This document shows positions 1 to 12,212 of a DNA stretch of 64,000 nucleotides, piece by piece (the first letter of the stretch is position 1; the number at the start of each line of letters is the position of its first letter). A program made the position numbers and the translations under genes. Source of the stretch: Octopus vulgaris (Eukaryota); assembly GCA_951406725.2 (NCBI GenBank), contig OX597832.1, forward strand, positions 49,972,001 through 50,036,000, given 5' to 3'. The notes beneath the pieces were generated by a model, which had not been told where the DNA came from, made no database searches, and worked only from the letters and a program-made list of their open reading frames with translations.

Positions 1-103
1 TCTGCCTCTGTCTTTTTTCTCTCTGGCTGCACGTTCACGGTCTTCCAAGTCTTTACGGAAGTCACGGTTTCTCAGCTCCTCAATAGATCCTTGACCGTCT
101 TGT
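1..103 (-). CDS. CWC15: CWC15 second coding exon (runs off window start)
   Basis: Minus-strand acceptor ...gctatctttcag|A at 104/103. Phase 2 matches the upstream exon (AG|A = Arg). Reads RQDGQGSIEELRNRDFRKDLEDRERAAREKKDRGR, close to human CWC15 [31 protein letters not shown] as I recall it. Confidence 0.95.
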
Positions 104-333
104 CTGAAAGATAGCAAACATCACAAAAAAGTTTATCTAAACTGCAAAGCCCAGTTAAAGCTGGCTGATAATCAGTGGCGCTTAGCTCTGGTGTCATTGT
201 GTCAAGTACATGAAGCGAATACAATGAAACACTGATTAATTCAAACACAAAACAAGAAAAGGATAACTGGAATTCATTCTGTATACAGCCTTCTTTGGAA
301 GTTTGGAAACGAATAACATTGTTTGTATGATAA

Positions 334-730
334 GGCGTAGGAGTGGCTGTGTGGTAAGTAGCTTGCTTACCAACCACATGGTTCCGGGTTCAGTCCCACT
401 GCGTAGCATCTTGGGCAAGTCTTCTACTATAGCCTCGGACCAACCAAAGCCTTGTGGGTGTATTTGGTAGACGGAAACTAAAAGAAGCCCGTCGTATATA
501 TGCATATATATATGTATGTGTGTATCTGTATGTTTGTGTGTTTGTCCCCACAACATCGCTTGACAACCGATGCTGGTGTGTTTATGTCCCCGTAACTAAG
601 CGGTTTGACAAAAGAGACTGATAGAATAAGTACTGGGCTTACAAAGAATAAGTCCTGGGGTCAATTTGCTCGACTAAAAAGGTGGTGCTCCAGCATGGCC
701 ACAGTCAAATGACTGAAACAAGTAAAAGAG
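334..730 (+). mobile_element. tRNA-derived SINE family A, full-length (~400 bp, internal TA/TG microsatellite)
   Basis: A-box TGGCTGTGTGG, B-box GGTTCAGTCCC, CORE-like cttgggcaagt, 3' end gactgaaacaagtaaaagag. Many copies in the window. Confidence 0.9.
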
Positions 731-1108
731 ATGGTGAAACTCGTTTACAACTATGACATGTCAAGACAATGGCACACACACACACATGATGGGCTTCTTT
801 CAGTTTCCATCTATGAATCCACTCACTAAGCTTCATCCAGCTCATGGCTATAGTAGAAGACATTTGCCCGAGGTGCAGTAAGACTGAACCTGAAACCATA
901 TGGTTGGGAAGCAAAATTCTTAACCACTCAGCCAGACACAGCCTAAAAGAAAGAGAGAGGGAGTGATGGTCATGGCCAGAACTCCTTTGATCAGTGGTTT
1001 GTTCAGTCAATATGTGGATAACTGAACAAAAACAGTTGACAGGAGAAACAAAAAGAATCAAAGTAACAGTCGTTTGTATCAATAATTAATCAAATTATTA
1101 CAAATATT

Positions 1109-1775
1109 TATTTCTTTACTACCCACAAGGGGCTAAACACAGAGAGGACAAACAAGGACAGACAAACGGATTAAGTCGATTACATCGACCCCAGTACGTA
1201 ACTGGTATTTATTTAATCGACCCCGAAAGGATGAAAGGCAAAGTCGACCTCGGCGGAATTTCAACTCAGAACGTAATGGCACACGAAATACCTATTTCTT
1301 TACTACCCACAAGGGGCTAAACACAGAGAGGACAAACAAGGACAGACAAACGGATTAAGTCGATTACATCGACCCCAGTACGTAACTGGTACTTATTTAA
1401 TCGACCCCAAAAGGATGAAAGGCAAAGTTGACCTCGGCGGAATTTGAACTCAGAACATAGCGACAGACGAATACCGCTAAGCATTTCACCTGGCATGCTA
1501 ACGTTTCTGCCAGCTCCCCGCCTTTTTTATTATTGTGCCGGTGGCACATAAAAAGCACCATCCGATCGTGGCTGTTTGCCAGCCTCGCCTGGCACAGACA
1601 AACGGATTAAGTCAATTATATCAACCCCAGTGTGTAACTGGTACTTATTTAGTCGAGCCTGAAAGGATGAAAGGCAAAGTCGACCTCGATGGAATTTGAA
1701 ATCAGAACATAGTGACAGACGAAATACCGCTAAGCATTTCGCCCGGCGTGCTAATGTTTCTGCCAGCTCGCCGCA
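1109..1775 (-). mobile_element. SINE family B (Meta/MESC-like domain), tandem dimer plus third partial unit
   Basis: ~184-bp unit starting at 1109 and 1293. Sense strand has gtcgactttgcctttcatcctttcggggtcgat; head ggcg(g)ggagctggcagaaacgttagca. Confidence 0.85.
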
Positions 1776-2257
1776 TTTTTATCATTATTACAAAATAGTG
1801 AAATGATTTCTTTTTAAAATGTTATAGTGCCACATTTTATAAAATACATTTTTTATTAAAAAAACCCCCAAAAAACAACCAGCTGAAGTACTTAAAAAAA
1901 AAATACCGGGATTCTGTTGTAAAATGTTTTACAAAATCATTTCAAGTGTACATTAATAGAGTTGACTATTTGTGTGTGTTTGCGCGTAATGTGATATCAT
2001 AACGCATTTTTATTTTATTTTATTATAACTGTGTTGAACTGCTGCTAATTTCTTTGTATAATAAAAACATTAGCACCGTTTTTGAAATATTGATTCAATG
2101 TCCACAAAATTTTCAAACTGACTTTCATAAAGGCCATAAAGGCACATTAACATAAGCCACACCTGTTTTCAGACAGCAAACGCACGACATACTAACACAT
2201 GACATTAGAATTTAATGAGAAAGATTATATTAATGAAATGTGACCACGTAACCTGGT

Positions 2258-2934
2258 GTTTTACTTGTTTCAATCATTAGACTGTGGCCATGCTGGGGCA
2301 CCGCCTCGAAGAATTTTTAGTTGATCAAATCGACCCCAGTACTAATTTTTTTATTTTTCAAGCCTGGTACTTAGAACTTATTCTATTGATATCTTTTGCC
2401 AAACTGCTAAGTTACAGGGACATAAACACACCGACCCTAGTTGTCGAGTGGTGGTAGGGAACAAACAGACACACACATAGATATATACCTATATATATAT
2501 ATGTGCAGGTGGCACGTAAAAAGCACCCACTACACTCACGGAGTGGTTGGCGTTAGGAAGGGCATCCAGCCGTAGAAACACTGCCAGATCAGACTGGGCC
2601 TGATGTGGCCTTCCGGCTTCACAGACCCCAGTTGAACCGTCCAACCCATGCTAGCATGGAAAGCGGACACTAAATGATGATGATGATGATTATGGTATAT
2701 ATATCATCATCATCATCATCGTTTAACGTCCGTTTTCCACGCTAGCACGGGTTGGACGGTTTCGACCGGGGTCTGGGGAGCCAGGGGCTGCCCCAGGCTC
2801 CAGTCTGGTCTGGCAGTGTTTCTACAGCTGGATGCCCTTCCTAACGCCAACCACTCCGCGAGTGCAGTGGGTGCTTTTACGTGCCACCTGCACAGGTGCC
2901 AGAGGGGTCTGGCATCGGCCACGGTCAGTTGGTG

Positions 2935-2994
<60 letters not shown>

Positions 2995-3092
2995 TGGGCT
3001 TCTTCCATTTTCTGTCCACCAAATCCACTCACAAGGCTTTGGTTGGCCTGAGGCCATATGTTTGGGAAGCAAACTTTTTAACACGCAGCCAT
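2258..3092 (-). mobile_element. SINE-A split at its internal (TA)n by two SINE-C copies
   Basis: SINE-A tail at 2258-2480 and head at 2993-3092 flank SINE-C(+) 2502-2690 and SINE-C(-) 2703-2935. Confidence 0.8.
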
Positions 3093-3261
3093 ATCGGCAC
3101 CTGGTGAAGACAATGATTTCACATAGAATTCATCATTATCATCATCGTCATCTTGTTTTAGTCATTTGGACTGCAGCCATGCTGGAGCACCGCCCCGAAG
3201 GGTTTGAGTTGAACAGACCAACCCTCGTACTTTTTTTTTAAAGTCTGTTACTTATTCTATC

Positions 3262-3652
3262 AGGCGCAGGAGTGGCTGTGTGGTAAGTAGCTTGCTTACC
3301 AACTACATAGTTCTAGGTTCAATCCCACTGCGTGGCACCTTGGGCAAGTGTCTTCTACTATAGCCTCGGGCCGACCAAAGCCTTGTGAGTGGATTTGGGG
3401 ATGGAAACTGAAAGAAGCCTGTCGTATGTATGTATGTGTGTGTATATGTTTCTGTGTCTGTGTTTGTCCCCCCAACGTCGCTTGACAACCGATGCTGGTT
3501 TGTTTACGTCCCCATAACTTAGCGGTTCGGCAAAAAGAGACCGATAGAATAAGTACTAGGCTTACAAAGAATAAGTCTTGGGGTCGATTTGCTCGATTAA
3601 AAGCAGTGCTCCAGCATGGCCACAGTCAAATGACTGAAACAAGTTAAAGAGT
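3262..3652 (+). mobile_element. SINE-A full-length
   Basis: aggcgcaggagtggctgtgtgg ... gactgaaacaag; same family as 334-730. Confidence 0.9.
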
Positions 3653-3884
3653 TTCTTTTACTGAACTGCAAGCTGCAGTGGTGGTGGTAACAAACACAGA
3701 CCATAGAGACACACACACATAAATATGATAGGCTTCCACACAGTTTCCATCTAACTTGCAAGGCATTGGTCAGCCTCAGATGCTGTGAAGTGGGATTGAA
3801 TTTAAAACCATATGGTTGTGAAGTGAGCTTCTTAACTTCACAGCCATGTCTATAGAAGAACATGAAACCAACAGATGGATGTCA

Positions 3885-4035
3885 ACATCTCCATAAAGAA
3901 GAACCGATCACTCAAAGTGGATGGAACTCTAGGGGCGAAGTACTGAAGGATGACCTCAGGAAACTAAACCTTATGGAAATGACAAAGGACCAAGATATCT
4001 GGCACTTTGCTGTGTACTCAAGAAGACCTGTCTGA
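3885..4035 (+). mobile_element. Degenerate RTE-type LINE 3' fragment
   Basis: Reads approximately IKKNRSLKVDGT...EVLKDDLRKLNLMEMTKDQDIWHFAV, similar to RTE ORF C-termini. Confidence 0.5.
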
Positions 4036-4288
4036 CACGGCAAAAGAGTTAATGCTACTCCTCCTACAAGAGCCTTGTGCAGGTGCCACTTAAAAAGCAC
4101 TCAAGATGTGCCATGTAAAAGCGCTCATGCTGGTAGAAACCAAGCCAAATCAGATTGGAACCTGGTGCAGCTCTCCTGCTTTCCAGCTCTGGTTAAATCG
4201 TCTAACTCATGCCAGCATGGAAAACGGATGTTAAAGGATGATGATGATGATGATGAAAATGAAATAGAAGTTTTCTGGTTGAACCAAC

Positions 4289-4419
4289 CTGTATTTTAAC
4301 TTGTTGTGGGATGGTAGATCTCGGCTGGAGTATTGCTTGGACAAAGAACTAAGGTCGTTGTCCCCTTTCCCACGGCCACCTCGAGCCGGTTCAAATGTTG
4401 GCCGGGCAGCAGTTGTCAT
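4289..4419 (-). CDS. CWC15: CWC15 first coding exon (spliceosome-associated Cwf15/Cwc15)
   Basis: [43 protein letters not shown](R) is the highly conserved CWC15 N-terminus. 131 nt, donor AG|GTTGGT at 4288. Acceptor tttcag| at 4435/4434 leaves 15 nt of 5'UTR, so an upstream non-coding exon must exist. Confidence 0.97.
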
Positions 4420-5272
4420 GCTTTTTACGTTTCACTGAAAATATAGAAGAAAAAGACAGAAATTAAAACAACAAAAATAATATTAGGGGGGGGGACCCCT
4501 AAAACATTCTCACATTAATTACTAAAAAAAATTTGTAAAAATAACAAAATAAAACTGGTTTTTCACACCAGCACAAAGTAGCAATTTCTAAGGGAACAAA
4601 AAAAAAAAAAAGGCTGCGAGCTGGCAGAATCATTAGCACACTGGGCAAAATGCTTAGCGGTATTTCGTCTGCCGTTATGTTCTGAGTTCAAATTCCGTCG
4701 AGGTCGACTTTACTTTTCACCCTTTAGGGGTCAATAAATTAATTACCAGTTATGCACTGGGGTCGATGTAATCGACTTAATCCAGTTTGTATCCTTGTTT
4801 GTCCGGCCAAAAGTATTGCCCTGATGTTCAAACTAAGAATTGTTACAGTGTCAGAAACCCTACAATGTATCATTTCTTTGGTGTTGTTACCTCATCAAAA
4901 TCTCAAAGCTACAAGAGTGGTAATGAATGATTAATTCAAAACAATTTCTCTCATTTCTTTGGCAGTACCAGTAATGTGAAGGTCACTAAACTGTTGTCAC
5001 ACTATCAAGCTGGTTCAAGGGAAGGATGTTGTTGATTAGAATTGTTACAGTGTCAGAGGGAATGTCTCATTTGTTTTGGTGCTTTGTATTTAAGGTTCAA
5101 AAACAAAGTACCAGTCCAGTGGTAGTGTTGATTGTTCTTGCTTTCTTTCTTTCTTTAGATTGTACCAGTAATTCAAAGGTCCAACTGTTGTCACACTGCA
5201 TCAAGCTGGTTCAATCGGAAAACTATATTAAAAAGTACACACATCTAAGGAATACTCAACCACTTATATATT

Positions 5273-5697
5273 TATTTCTTTATTGCCCACAAGGGGCTAA
5301 ACATAGAGAGGACAAACAAGGACAGACAAAGCGGGTTAAGTCGATTAGATTGACCCCAGTGTGTAACTGGTACTTATTTAATCAACCCCGAAAGGATGAA
5401 AGGCAAAGTCGACCTCCCTCGGCAGAATTTGAACTCGGAATGAAATACTGGCAGACGAAATACCTATTTCTTTACTACCCACAAAGGGCTAAACACAGAG
5501 AGGACAAACAAAGACAGACAAACAGATTAAGTCGATTATATCGACCCCCAGTGCGTAACTGGTACTTATTTAATCGACCCTGAAAGGATGAGAGGCAAAG
5601 TCAACCATGGTAGAATTTGAACTCAGAACGTAGCTGCAGATGAAATACTGCTAAGCGTTTCGCCTGGCCTGCTAATGATTCTGCCAGCTCGCTGCCC
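5273..5697 (-). mobile_element. SINE-B tandem dimer
   Basis: Units start at 5273 and 5465, with the same junction gaaatacc|tatttcttt as at ~1290. Confidence 0.85.
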
Positions 5698-7433
5698 TTT
5701 TATATTAATTCCATGAGTAGGAATCCAGTTGGTCAAATGACTCATGAATACTCGTTGTTGAGAACAATGGAGACCTAACCACCTGATTGGCACCTGTTTT
5801 ATTAAGCCCTGAAGGCTGAAAAGTAAAGTCAGCCCCAGCAGGATTTGAACTTAACTAAATACCTAAAAGTCCACTGCTCTACTAATTCTGCCAAAAAAAA
5901 AAAGAGAAAAAAACGAATTGCTGTCTAACCCTTAAGATCAATATACCTGAGATAAAAGATGTTCAGTCCCTTAATCATTTGGCTTTCATTCAGACATATT
6001 GGATCTAGGACTACATTATGCAAAGTGTCCTTCATTTTGAAAGATGGTACGAGTTATTTCTAGCATAATGAATAACTATATAAAGGCCTCAGTTCATGTG
6101 AAATGTTGTGAAGAGAGTTAAAACTTTAGCAACCAGCACCAGCCGTTTCTTTCGAAAGAGGTGCAATTGTTGTTGATGTTGTTGTTTAGCTCCAGGTAAA
6201 ATCTGATTGAATAAACACCTATATGATCAAAGGCATTCCAAATGTGACCATTGCATCTTTATTATAGGAGTATGTAAAACCAAGGTGCATTGTAAAACAG
6301 GATTGGTGTGAGCGCTGGTGCCATGTAAAAAAGCATCTAGTACACTCTGTAGAGGGGTTGGTGTTAGGAAGGGCATACCTCCGTAGAAACAAAGGTAAAA
6401 CAAACTACGGGACCCGGTGTGGCCGCTGGCCTTGCCAGTTCTTGTGAAACCATTCAACCCCACCGACAGCATAGAAAATGGATGTTAAATGCTGCTGCTG
6501 CTGCTAAGATCAAATTATCTTGTATCCTTTTTTTTTTAATCCGGTATGATAGGGTAGTGTGATTTCAGGGAGATACGACTGTTATTTCTAGCATATTAAG
6601 TGATCAAATAAAAGGTTTACGTTGAATCAAGAGGCACAGTTCATTGCTGTGTGTAGGCAACTGAGATAACATATCAGCGATGAACCCTTTTTTTTTTTTT
6701 TGGTAGGAATCACTTCTGGTAGGTAAAAAAGTATACGCAAGAAAGAACACACCCATCACCATTGTTGCTACAATAGATAAATTACACACATACACACACA
6801 CACTCTCTTTCCTTCTTCATCATCACACATACATAGACTAAAAACACCATAAGACATACAGAAATGAATAAATAATAACCCACTCTACCCACTCTTTTTT
6901 CCTCCTCCTCCTCTGCCTCCTCATCATCATCTCCTCCTCCACCTCCTCCTCCTCTCACATACACACACACAATCACATTTATCAGTTCAGTTGTGATAAA
7001 TGGTACAGAATTATGGAGATTAAGCTCTGAGAGATCAAAGAAACAGCCGTGTCTTTTATCCCATTTTATTTTTCATTTACGATTTCGTTTTAATGAGATT
7101 ATCAAGGTAAGGCAGTGCAGTTTCTCTGAGATACTTTTAGCTTGGTTTCTTTCTTTCTTTCTTTTCACTAAAGACAGAGGAGGGAATCGAGGAGACAAAA
7201 TGTGTCAATCAGAAAGAGACTGTTACAAAGAAATTGTAACGATCTGTGTGTAAAGACAGCTTTAAAGAGACTAACACAGATGTGTGTGTGTGTGTGTGTG
7301 AATGAAACAAACTACATTGCAGTGATATAAGGCATTAAATGTGTACAGGGTGTGAAAACGAACAATATACTGAAAGTAAGTTTATGTGAGTACAAAGCAT
7401 GTAAGTACAAAACAGGTAAACAATCTTTTGAAG

Positions 7434-7712
7434 TATTTCGTTTTTGGATTTGGTTTGCAAGATTCTTTATATGAGTTCGTGTGTTGAAGCATGTTCTGTT
7501 GTGTCTGGGGAGAGTCATTTTCTTTTTGTGCCTTATGATTTAACACACTCACCGGTAAAATTTCCACTTATTTCTTATTTTTATTTTCCTACAAAAAATT
7601 TTGTTGCGTCTTGAAACCTTTTCAATAGTCTTGACTATAAGAAATAAGTGGAAATTTTACCGGTGAGTGTGTTAAATCATAAGGCACGAAAAGAAAATGA
7701 CTCTCCCCAGAC
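7434..7712. mobile_element. Insertion with internal ~80-bp inverted repeat and 14-bp TSD (Penelope-like or twin-primed retroelement)
   Basis: Arms ~7499-7578 and ~7638-7716 are near-perfect reverse complements. ACAATCTTTTGAAG occurs at 7420-7433 and 7713-7726. Confidence 0.65.
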
Positions 7713-7787
7713 ACAATCTTTTGAAGGTTACAAAAAGAAAAAAGATTAGTTTGGGACCCAGAAGTGTTAAGCACATGAAAATAAGTA

Positions 7788-8677
7788 CAATAATGTCTTG
7801 ATATATGAGTTAATTTCTTCCAGGAGACTGGTCATGAAGCGAAAACTTGTAAAGCAGGGCAATAATTTCCCATAGTAGCAATGTTACAAGTCGTAATTCG
7901 TTCCCAGAAAAATATTCAACCTTTAAAATTTATAATACTCATAAATAAAAGGCAATAGAACAACAGTCGAATGTAAAGAATATTTTGTGTAAAGTAAAAA
8001 GAATGTCAAGATCTTCTCTTCTTGTCTTGAGACAGCATTCACCCGGGGTGGGTTGAGCTGGCTTCATTCATCCTCAATGCTGCATCTCTCACAAACGCCG
8101 ACCAGGCCTGGCGATTTGAGGCTAATGACCGCGTGATCTCCAACCACTCCTTATTCCAGCGGTGAACGCCATAGATATGGGGGCCTAGGTTGGGTTCCAG
8201 ATCAGCCTTGACTGTCATCAGCCAGGTTTTTTTGTTGTCCACCACATCGCTTTCGCCAACCCAGAAGGGGAGCTGGGGCAATTGCTTTGTAGATGAATTC
8301 TCCTGGTTGACGATGGAGAGCATGACGTCGTCAACCAAGATCATTTATGATAAAAAATATTATCATAACCGTTTTCTGAATCACTTCCACTTGCATTAGA
8401 CTCGCACACACCATCACTTGTAGAAGCAATCGCCAATTCACAAGCACTTGTAGACGGACTTGTAGATTTCTTTTTAAAAAACAAGTCTAGAGTTGTTTGC
8501 TTAGAAAAAGATTTCTATTTTGCTTTCAATAAATTTCTAGGTAACACACAGAAGCATTTGTTATGGTGGTGGAAACCTTTTGCACTTTGTTCAAAATTTG
8601 GATCTTGTGCTTGAAAAATAAAAACTCATAAACCCAGGGTCTTGTAAAGCAGGTCCTTATACAGTGAGGTATTACTG
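7788..8677 (-). mobile_element. Pogo/Tigger-like internally deleted DNA transposon
   Basis: TA-flanked degenerate TIRs (caataatgtcttg / rc cagtaatacctca). Minus strand ~8610-8470 reads DPNFEQSAK...KQTTLDLFFKKK with frameshifts, like the Tigger transposase C-terminus. Confidence 0.6.
8014..8335 (-). mobile_element. RTE-clade LINE 3' fragment nested in the pogo element
   Basis: KKTWLMTVKADLEPNLGPHIYGVHRWNKEWLEITRSLASNRQAWSAFVRDA...STHPG*. Possible TSD CAAGATC at 8007-8013 and 8336-8342. Confidence 0.8.
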
Positions 8678-9217
8678 TAAATAGTTATATTCTGGACAGG
8701 AAAGATACCAGTTAGTTGCCGATAACAGCATCCAAGAATATTGTATTTGGTTGCTTATTCTCATAAGCTAGGAGGATGGATCGGGTCATGTCGAATAACG
8801 TAGATTGCCCAATGGTTTATAGAAATATTGATTCCTAACATTAGCGTATCAAGCCACAACAAACCTTGCAGGATAGTATATTCCAATGAAATCAATTCCT
8901 GCACTTGACTGGTCCCTTGTTTTATTGAAAATCCATCCTCACCCACATCCCACTCTGGCTGGAAGGATGACAGGCGAAAATTGAATAATATTAGCAGTGA
9001 ATTTGGACTCAAAGGGAATGAGCAGTGGAAAACAAGAACACATTTCAACCACAAGGTTCCATGTTCAGTCCCACTGTGTGGTACCTTGGGCAAGTATCTT
9101 CTGCTATAGCCTCAGGCCAACCAAAGCCCTGTGAGTGGATTTGGTAGGCTGAAACTGAAAGAATTCTGTTGTATGTATATATGTGTGTGTGTACACATAC
9201 ACACATATATATGTAAA

Positions 9218-9503
9218 GGCACATGGATCAGTGGTTAGAGCGTTGAGCTCACAATCATGAGGTAGTGAGTTCAATTTCTGGACTGGGCTGTGTGTTGTGT
9301 TCTTGAGCAAGACATTTTATTTCATGTTGCGATGTCACTGGTGCCAAGCTGTATTGGCCTTTGCCTTTCTCTTGGATTGGAGGGCTGATGTGCATGGGTG
9401 ACTGCTGGTCTTCCATAAAATAACCAGACCAGACTTGTGCCTCGAAGGGGAACTTTCTAGGTGCAATCACATGGTCATTCATGACTGAAGGGAGTCTTTA
9501 CCC
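9218..9503 (+). mobile_element. tRNA-derived SINE family D
   Basis: ggcacatggatcagtggttagagcg... B-box gagttcaattt, gttgtgttcttgagcaagaca. Other copies at 11124-11360(-) and 51496-51832(+). Confidence 0.8.
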
Positions 9504-9522
9504 TTCTTACATATATATATAT

Positions 9523-9846
9523 GTCCTCTCAATGGTTAGCTGGAGATGATTTTTAAAATGGGAATATCTGAAGTAAACTTGACTGCTCTCACAAACGAGA
9601 ATACTAAAATTGAACCCGACTGCTCTCAAGAATTAAGTAAAAAAAAAACTGGAAAAATAATCCAGATCCTTGTCCGGTACTGGATCGATCCCAAAATCTA
9701 ATCAGTTCATGTCAGTCATGTGGCCAAACATCCCTGAAAGTTTCATCCAAATCCATCCAGCGGTTCTTGAGATATCTTGTCCATGAGTAAACAAACAAAC
9801 AAATGGGACTGAAAACAATACCTCCTCTTCGCCAAGGCAGAGGTAA
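9523..9846 (+). mobile_element. HINE/DINE-1-like non-autonomous Helentron candidate
   Basis: Ends in (caaa)n then terminal hairpin tacctcc...ggcagaggta. Homologous to 47905-48250 and partial 20170-20260. Confidence 0.55.
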
Positions 9847-10319
9847 TAAATAAGCATTACACTCGACTGAATAATATGAATGTTAAAGGGTTAAATTTCA
9901 CTTGTAGCACTATAATAGAAGACATTTTCCCAAAGTACTATATAACAGAATTGAAACCAAATCCACTTGGTTGAGAAGTGAACTTTATCCTGTCGTGATG
10001 TCTGTAAATCAAAGCAGGGATTACAGAGGGTTTTTAAATCTATATTAGGTATAAAGTTTATGCAGTAGGGAGAAAAAGATTGGAAACTAAAATGTATACC
10101 ATCATATCACTGGAATAAAAATTAATTTTCCTTGTAGTTTTTTCCCGAATATTTCTCGTTTCTTGGTTAACTAATTAAATTTCAAATTTCATTTAGATGT
10201 ACACTATACACACACAAACACACACATGTATGTATGCTTGTAGATGTATGTCATGTGAGTGTGTATATGTACACACACACACACACACACACACATATAT
10301 GTGCGTATACATACACAAA

Positions 10320-10460
10320 CACAACCGCCACTATCACCACTACTACCACCAGCTACAACTACTACCGCCACTATCACCACCACCTCTACTACTACTACTA
10401 CTACCACTACCACCTCTACTACTACTACTACTACTACCACCTCTACTACTACTATCATTA
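10320..10460. repeat. (ACT/ACC)n trinucleotide microsatellite
   Basis: Direct reading; source of poly-T/Y/L/V ORFs. Confidence 0.9.
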
Positions 10461-10729
10461 CATACACATACATCCAACTTTTGAAGTTGAGATACAAAAT
10501 CTAGGTACATAAGGAGAGAGAGGGGGAGAGAGAGAGTGTGTGTGTGTGTGTGTATATTTTAAACCAAACACATTAAGCTGAGGTGAGGGTGAATAAATGT
10601 TCTAAAACAGCAGTATCTTATTTCAAGCCGAGGCAGAGGTTATATTTGTATCCCTTTAATCAGAATACAAAAGCCAACAAAAAACCCCCAGAAGGTTCAA
10701 GTGAATTCGATGAAGCTGCTAGACAAACA

Positions 10730-10915
10730 AGGGTAATTGAGGAGGCGACAACAGGGAGAAAACTGAAACTATTGTTTGGGCTCACAAATAAAAGGTGTGA
10801 AAGGGGACGGCAAGGGACGCGGATTATGGATGATTTGGTCAACCGATATAGCAAAGAGGTAACACCTGAGAAAGCTAAACAACTGGAATAATTGATAGAA
10901 TGATCGCATGGGAGT
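10730..10915 (+). mobile_element. Old RTE-like LINE C-terminal remnant
   Basis: GRKLKLLFG...KRCERGRQGTRIMDDL resembles the RTE RKLxxFGH...GRGRQRxRWMDxI motif. Confidence 0.4.
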
Positions 10916-12173
10916 GTGAATGGCGAAGAAGGAAGCAAAAACCGTAGTAAAAGCTTTAAATGGATTTATTTAATTCCCCGGGATGGGTTGGCTGGTTGTT
11001 TGTAAAAGGTGTTGCAGATCTGTTGATTGGATTATGGGAAGAGGAAGGGGCAAGGGTTTAAGATGGAGCAACAATGTGTGGTTGTGAGGTAAAGTGATGA
11101 AAATTTATAATACTAACTAAATATAAAGACCCCCTTCGGTCATGAATGACCATGGGATTGCACCTAGAATGTTTCCCCCTTGAGGTACAAGTCTGGGCAA
11201 GGTTGTTTATGGAAGACCAGCAGTCGCCCATGCATACCAGCCTCCTCTCTCCACCTCACTGATGTTATCCAAGGGAAAGACAAAGGAGCCGATACAGCTT
11301 GGCACCAGTGACGTTGCAATTTGTTTCTACAGGTGTGTGAACTGGAGCACCATGAAAATGTCTTCTACTATAGCTTCAGGCTGACCAAAGCCTTGCGAGT
11401 GGATTTGGTAGATGAAAACTAAAAGAAGCCCATCGTATATATATATCTGGGTTCAGTCCCGTTGTGTGGAACTTTGGGCAAGTGTCTTCTACTATAGCCA
11501 GCCTCGGGCCGACCAAAACCTTGTGAGTGGATTTGATAGACAGAAACTGAAAGAAGCCCGTCGTGTATATATATATATATATGTATGTATGTGTGTGTAT
11601 ATGCTTGTGTATCTGTGTTTGTCCCTCTAATATTGCCTGACAACCGATGCTGGTGTGTTTAAGTCCCTGTAACTTAGTGGTTCAGCAAAAGAGACCGATA
11701 GAATAAGTACTAAGCTTACATAGAATAAGCCCTAGGGTCGATTTGCTCGACTAAACGGCAGCATTCCAGCATGGCCACAGTCAAATCACTGAAACAAATA
11801 AAAGAGTAAGAGTACGTCTATGTATACATGTGCCTTCGTGTCTGTGTTTGTCCCCATCATTACTGCTTGACAACTGATTATGGTGTGTTTGCATTGGTTA
11901 AAAAATAAGTCCTGGGGTCAATTTGTTTGATTAAAACCCTTCAAGGCGGCGTTCCAGCATGGCCACAGTCAAATGACTGAAACAAGTAAAAGAGTAAAAG
12001 GATAAATAATATCCTTTTTTTCCTAACACAAATCATTCCAACTGCAAAGCAGAAGCAGAGTATAGCTTTCAGTAAACTGGACTTATATTGTAATATACTT
12101 TGTTGAGGTGTACAACACAATATTTTACAGGAAGATTTATATCTGTGTGTTTCACATGCATGAGTGTGTGTGT

Positions 12174-12212
<39 letters not shown>

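Noticed and set aside
72-377. 101-aa ORF overlapping the CWC15 exon
   Set aside because: Different frame from the CWC15 exon, mostly intron and SINE sequence.
334-410. tRNA-like sequences at SINE heads
   Set aside because: Have A/B boxes but no full cloverleaf and continue into the SINE body; not tRNA genes.
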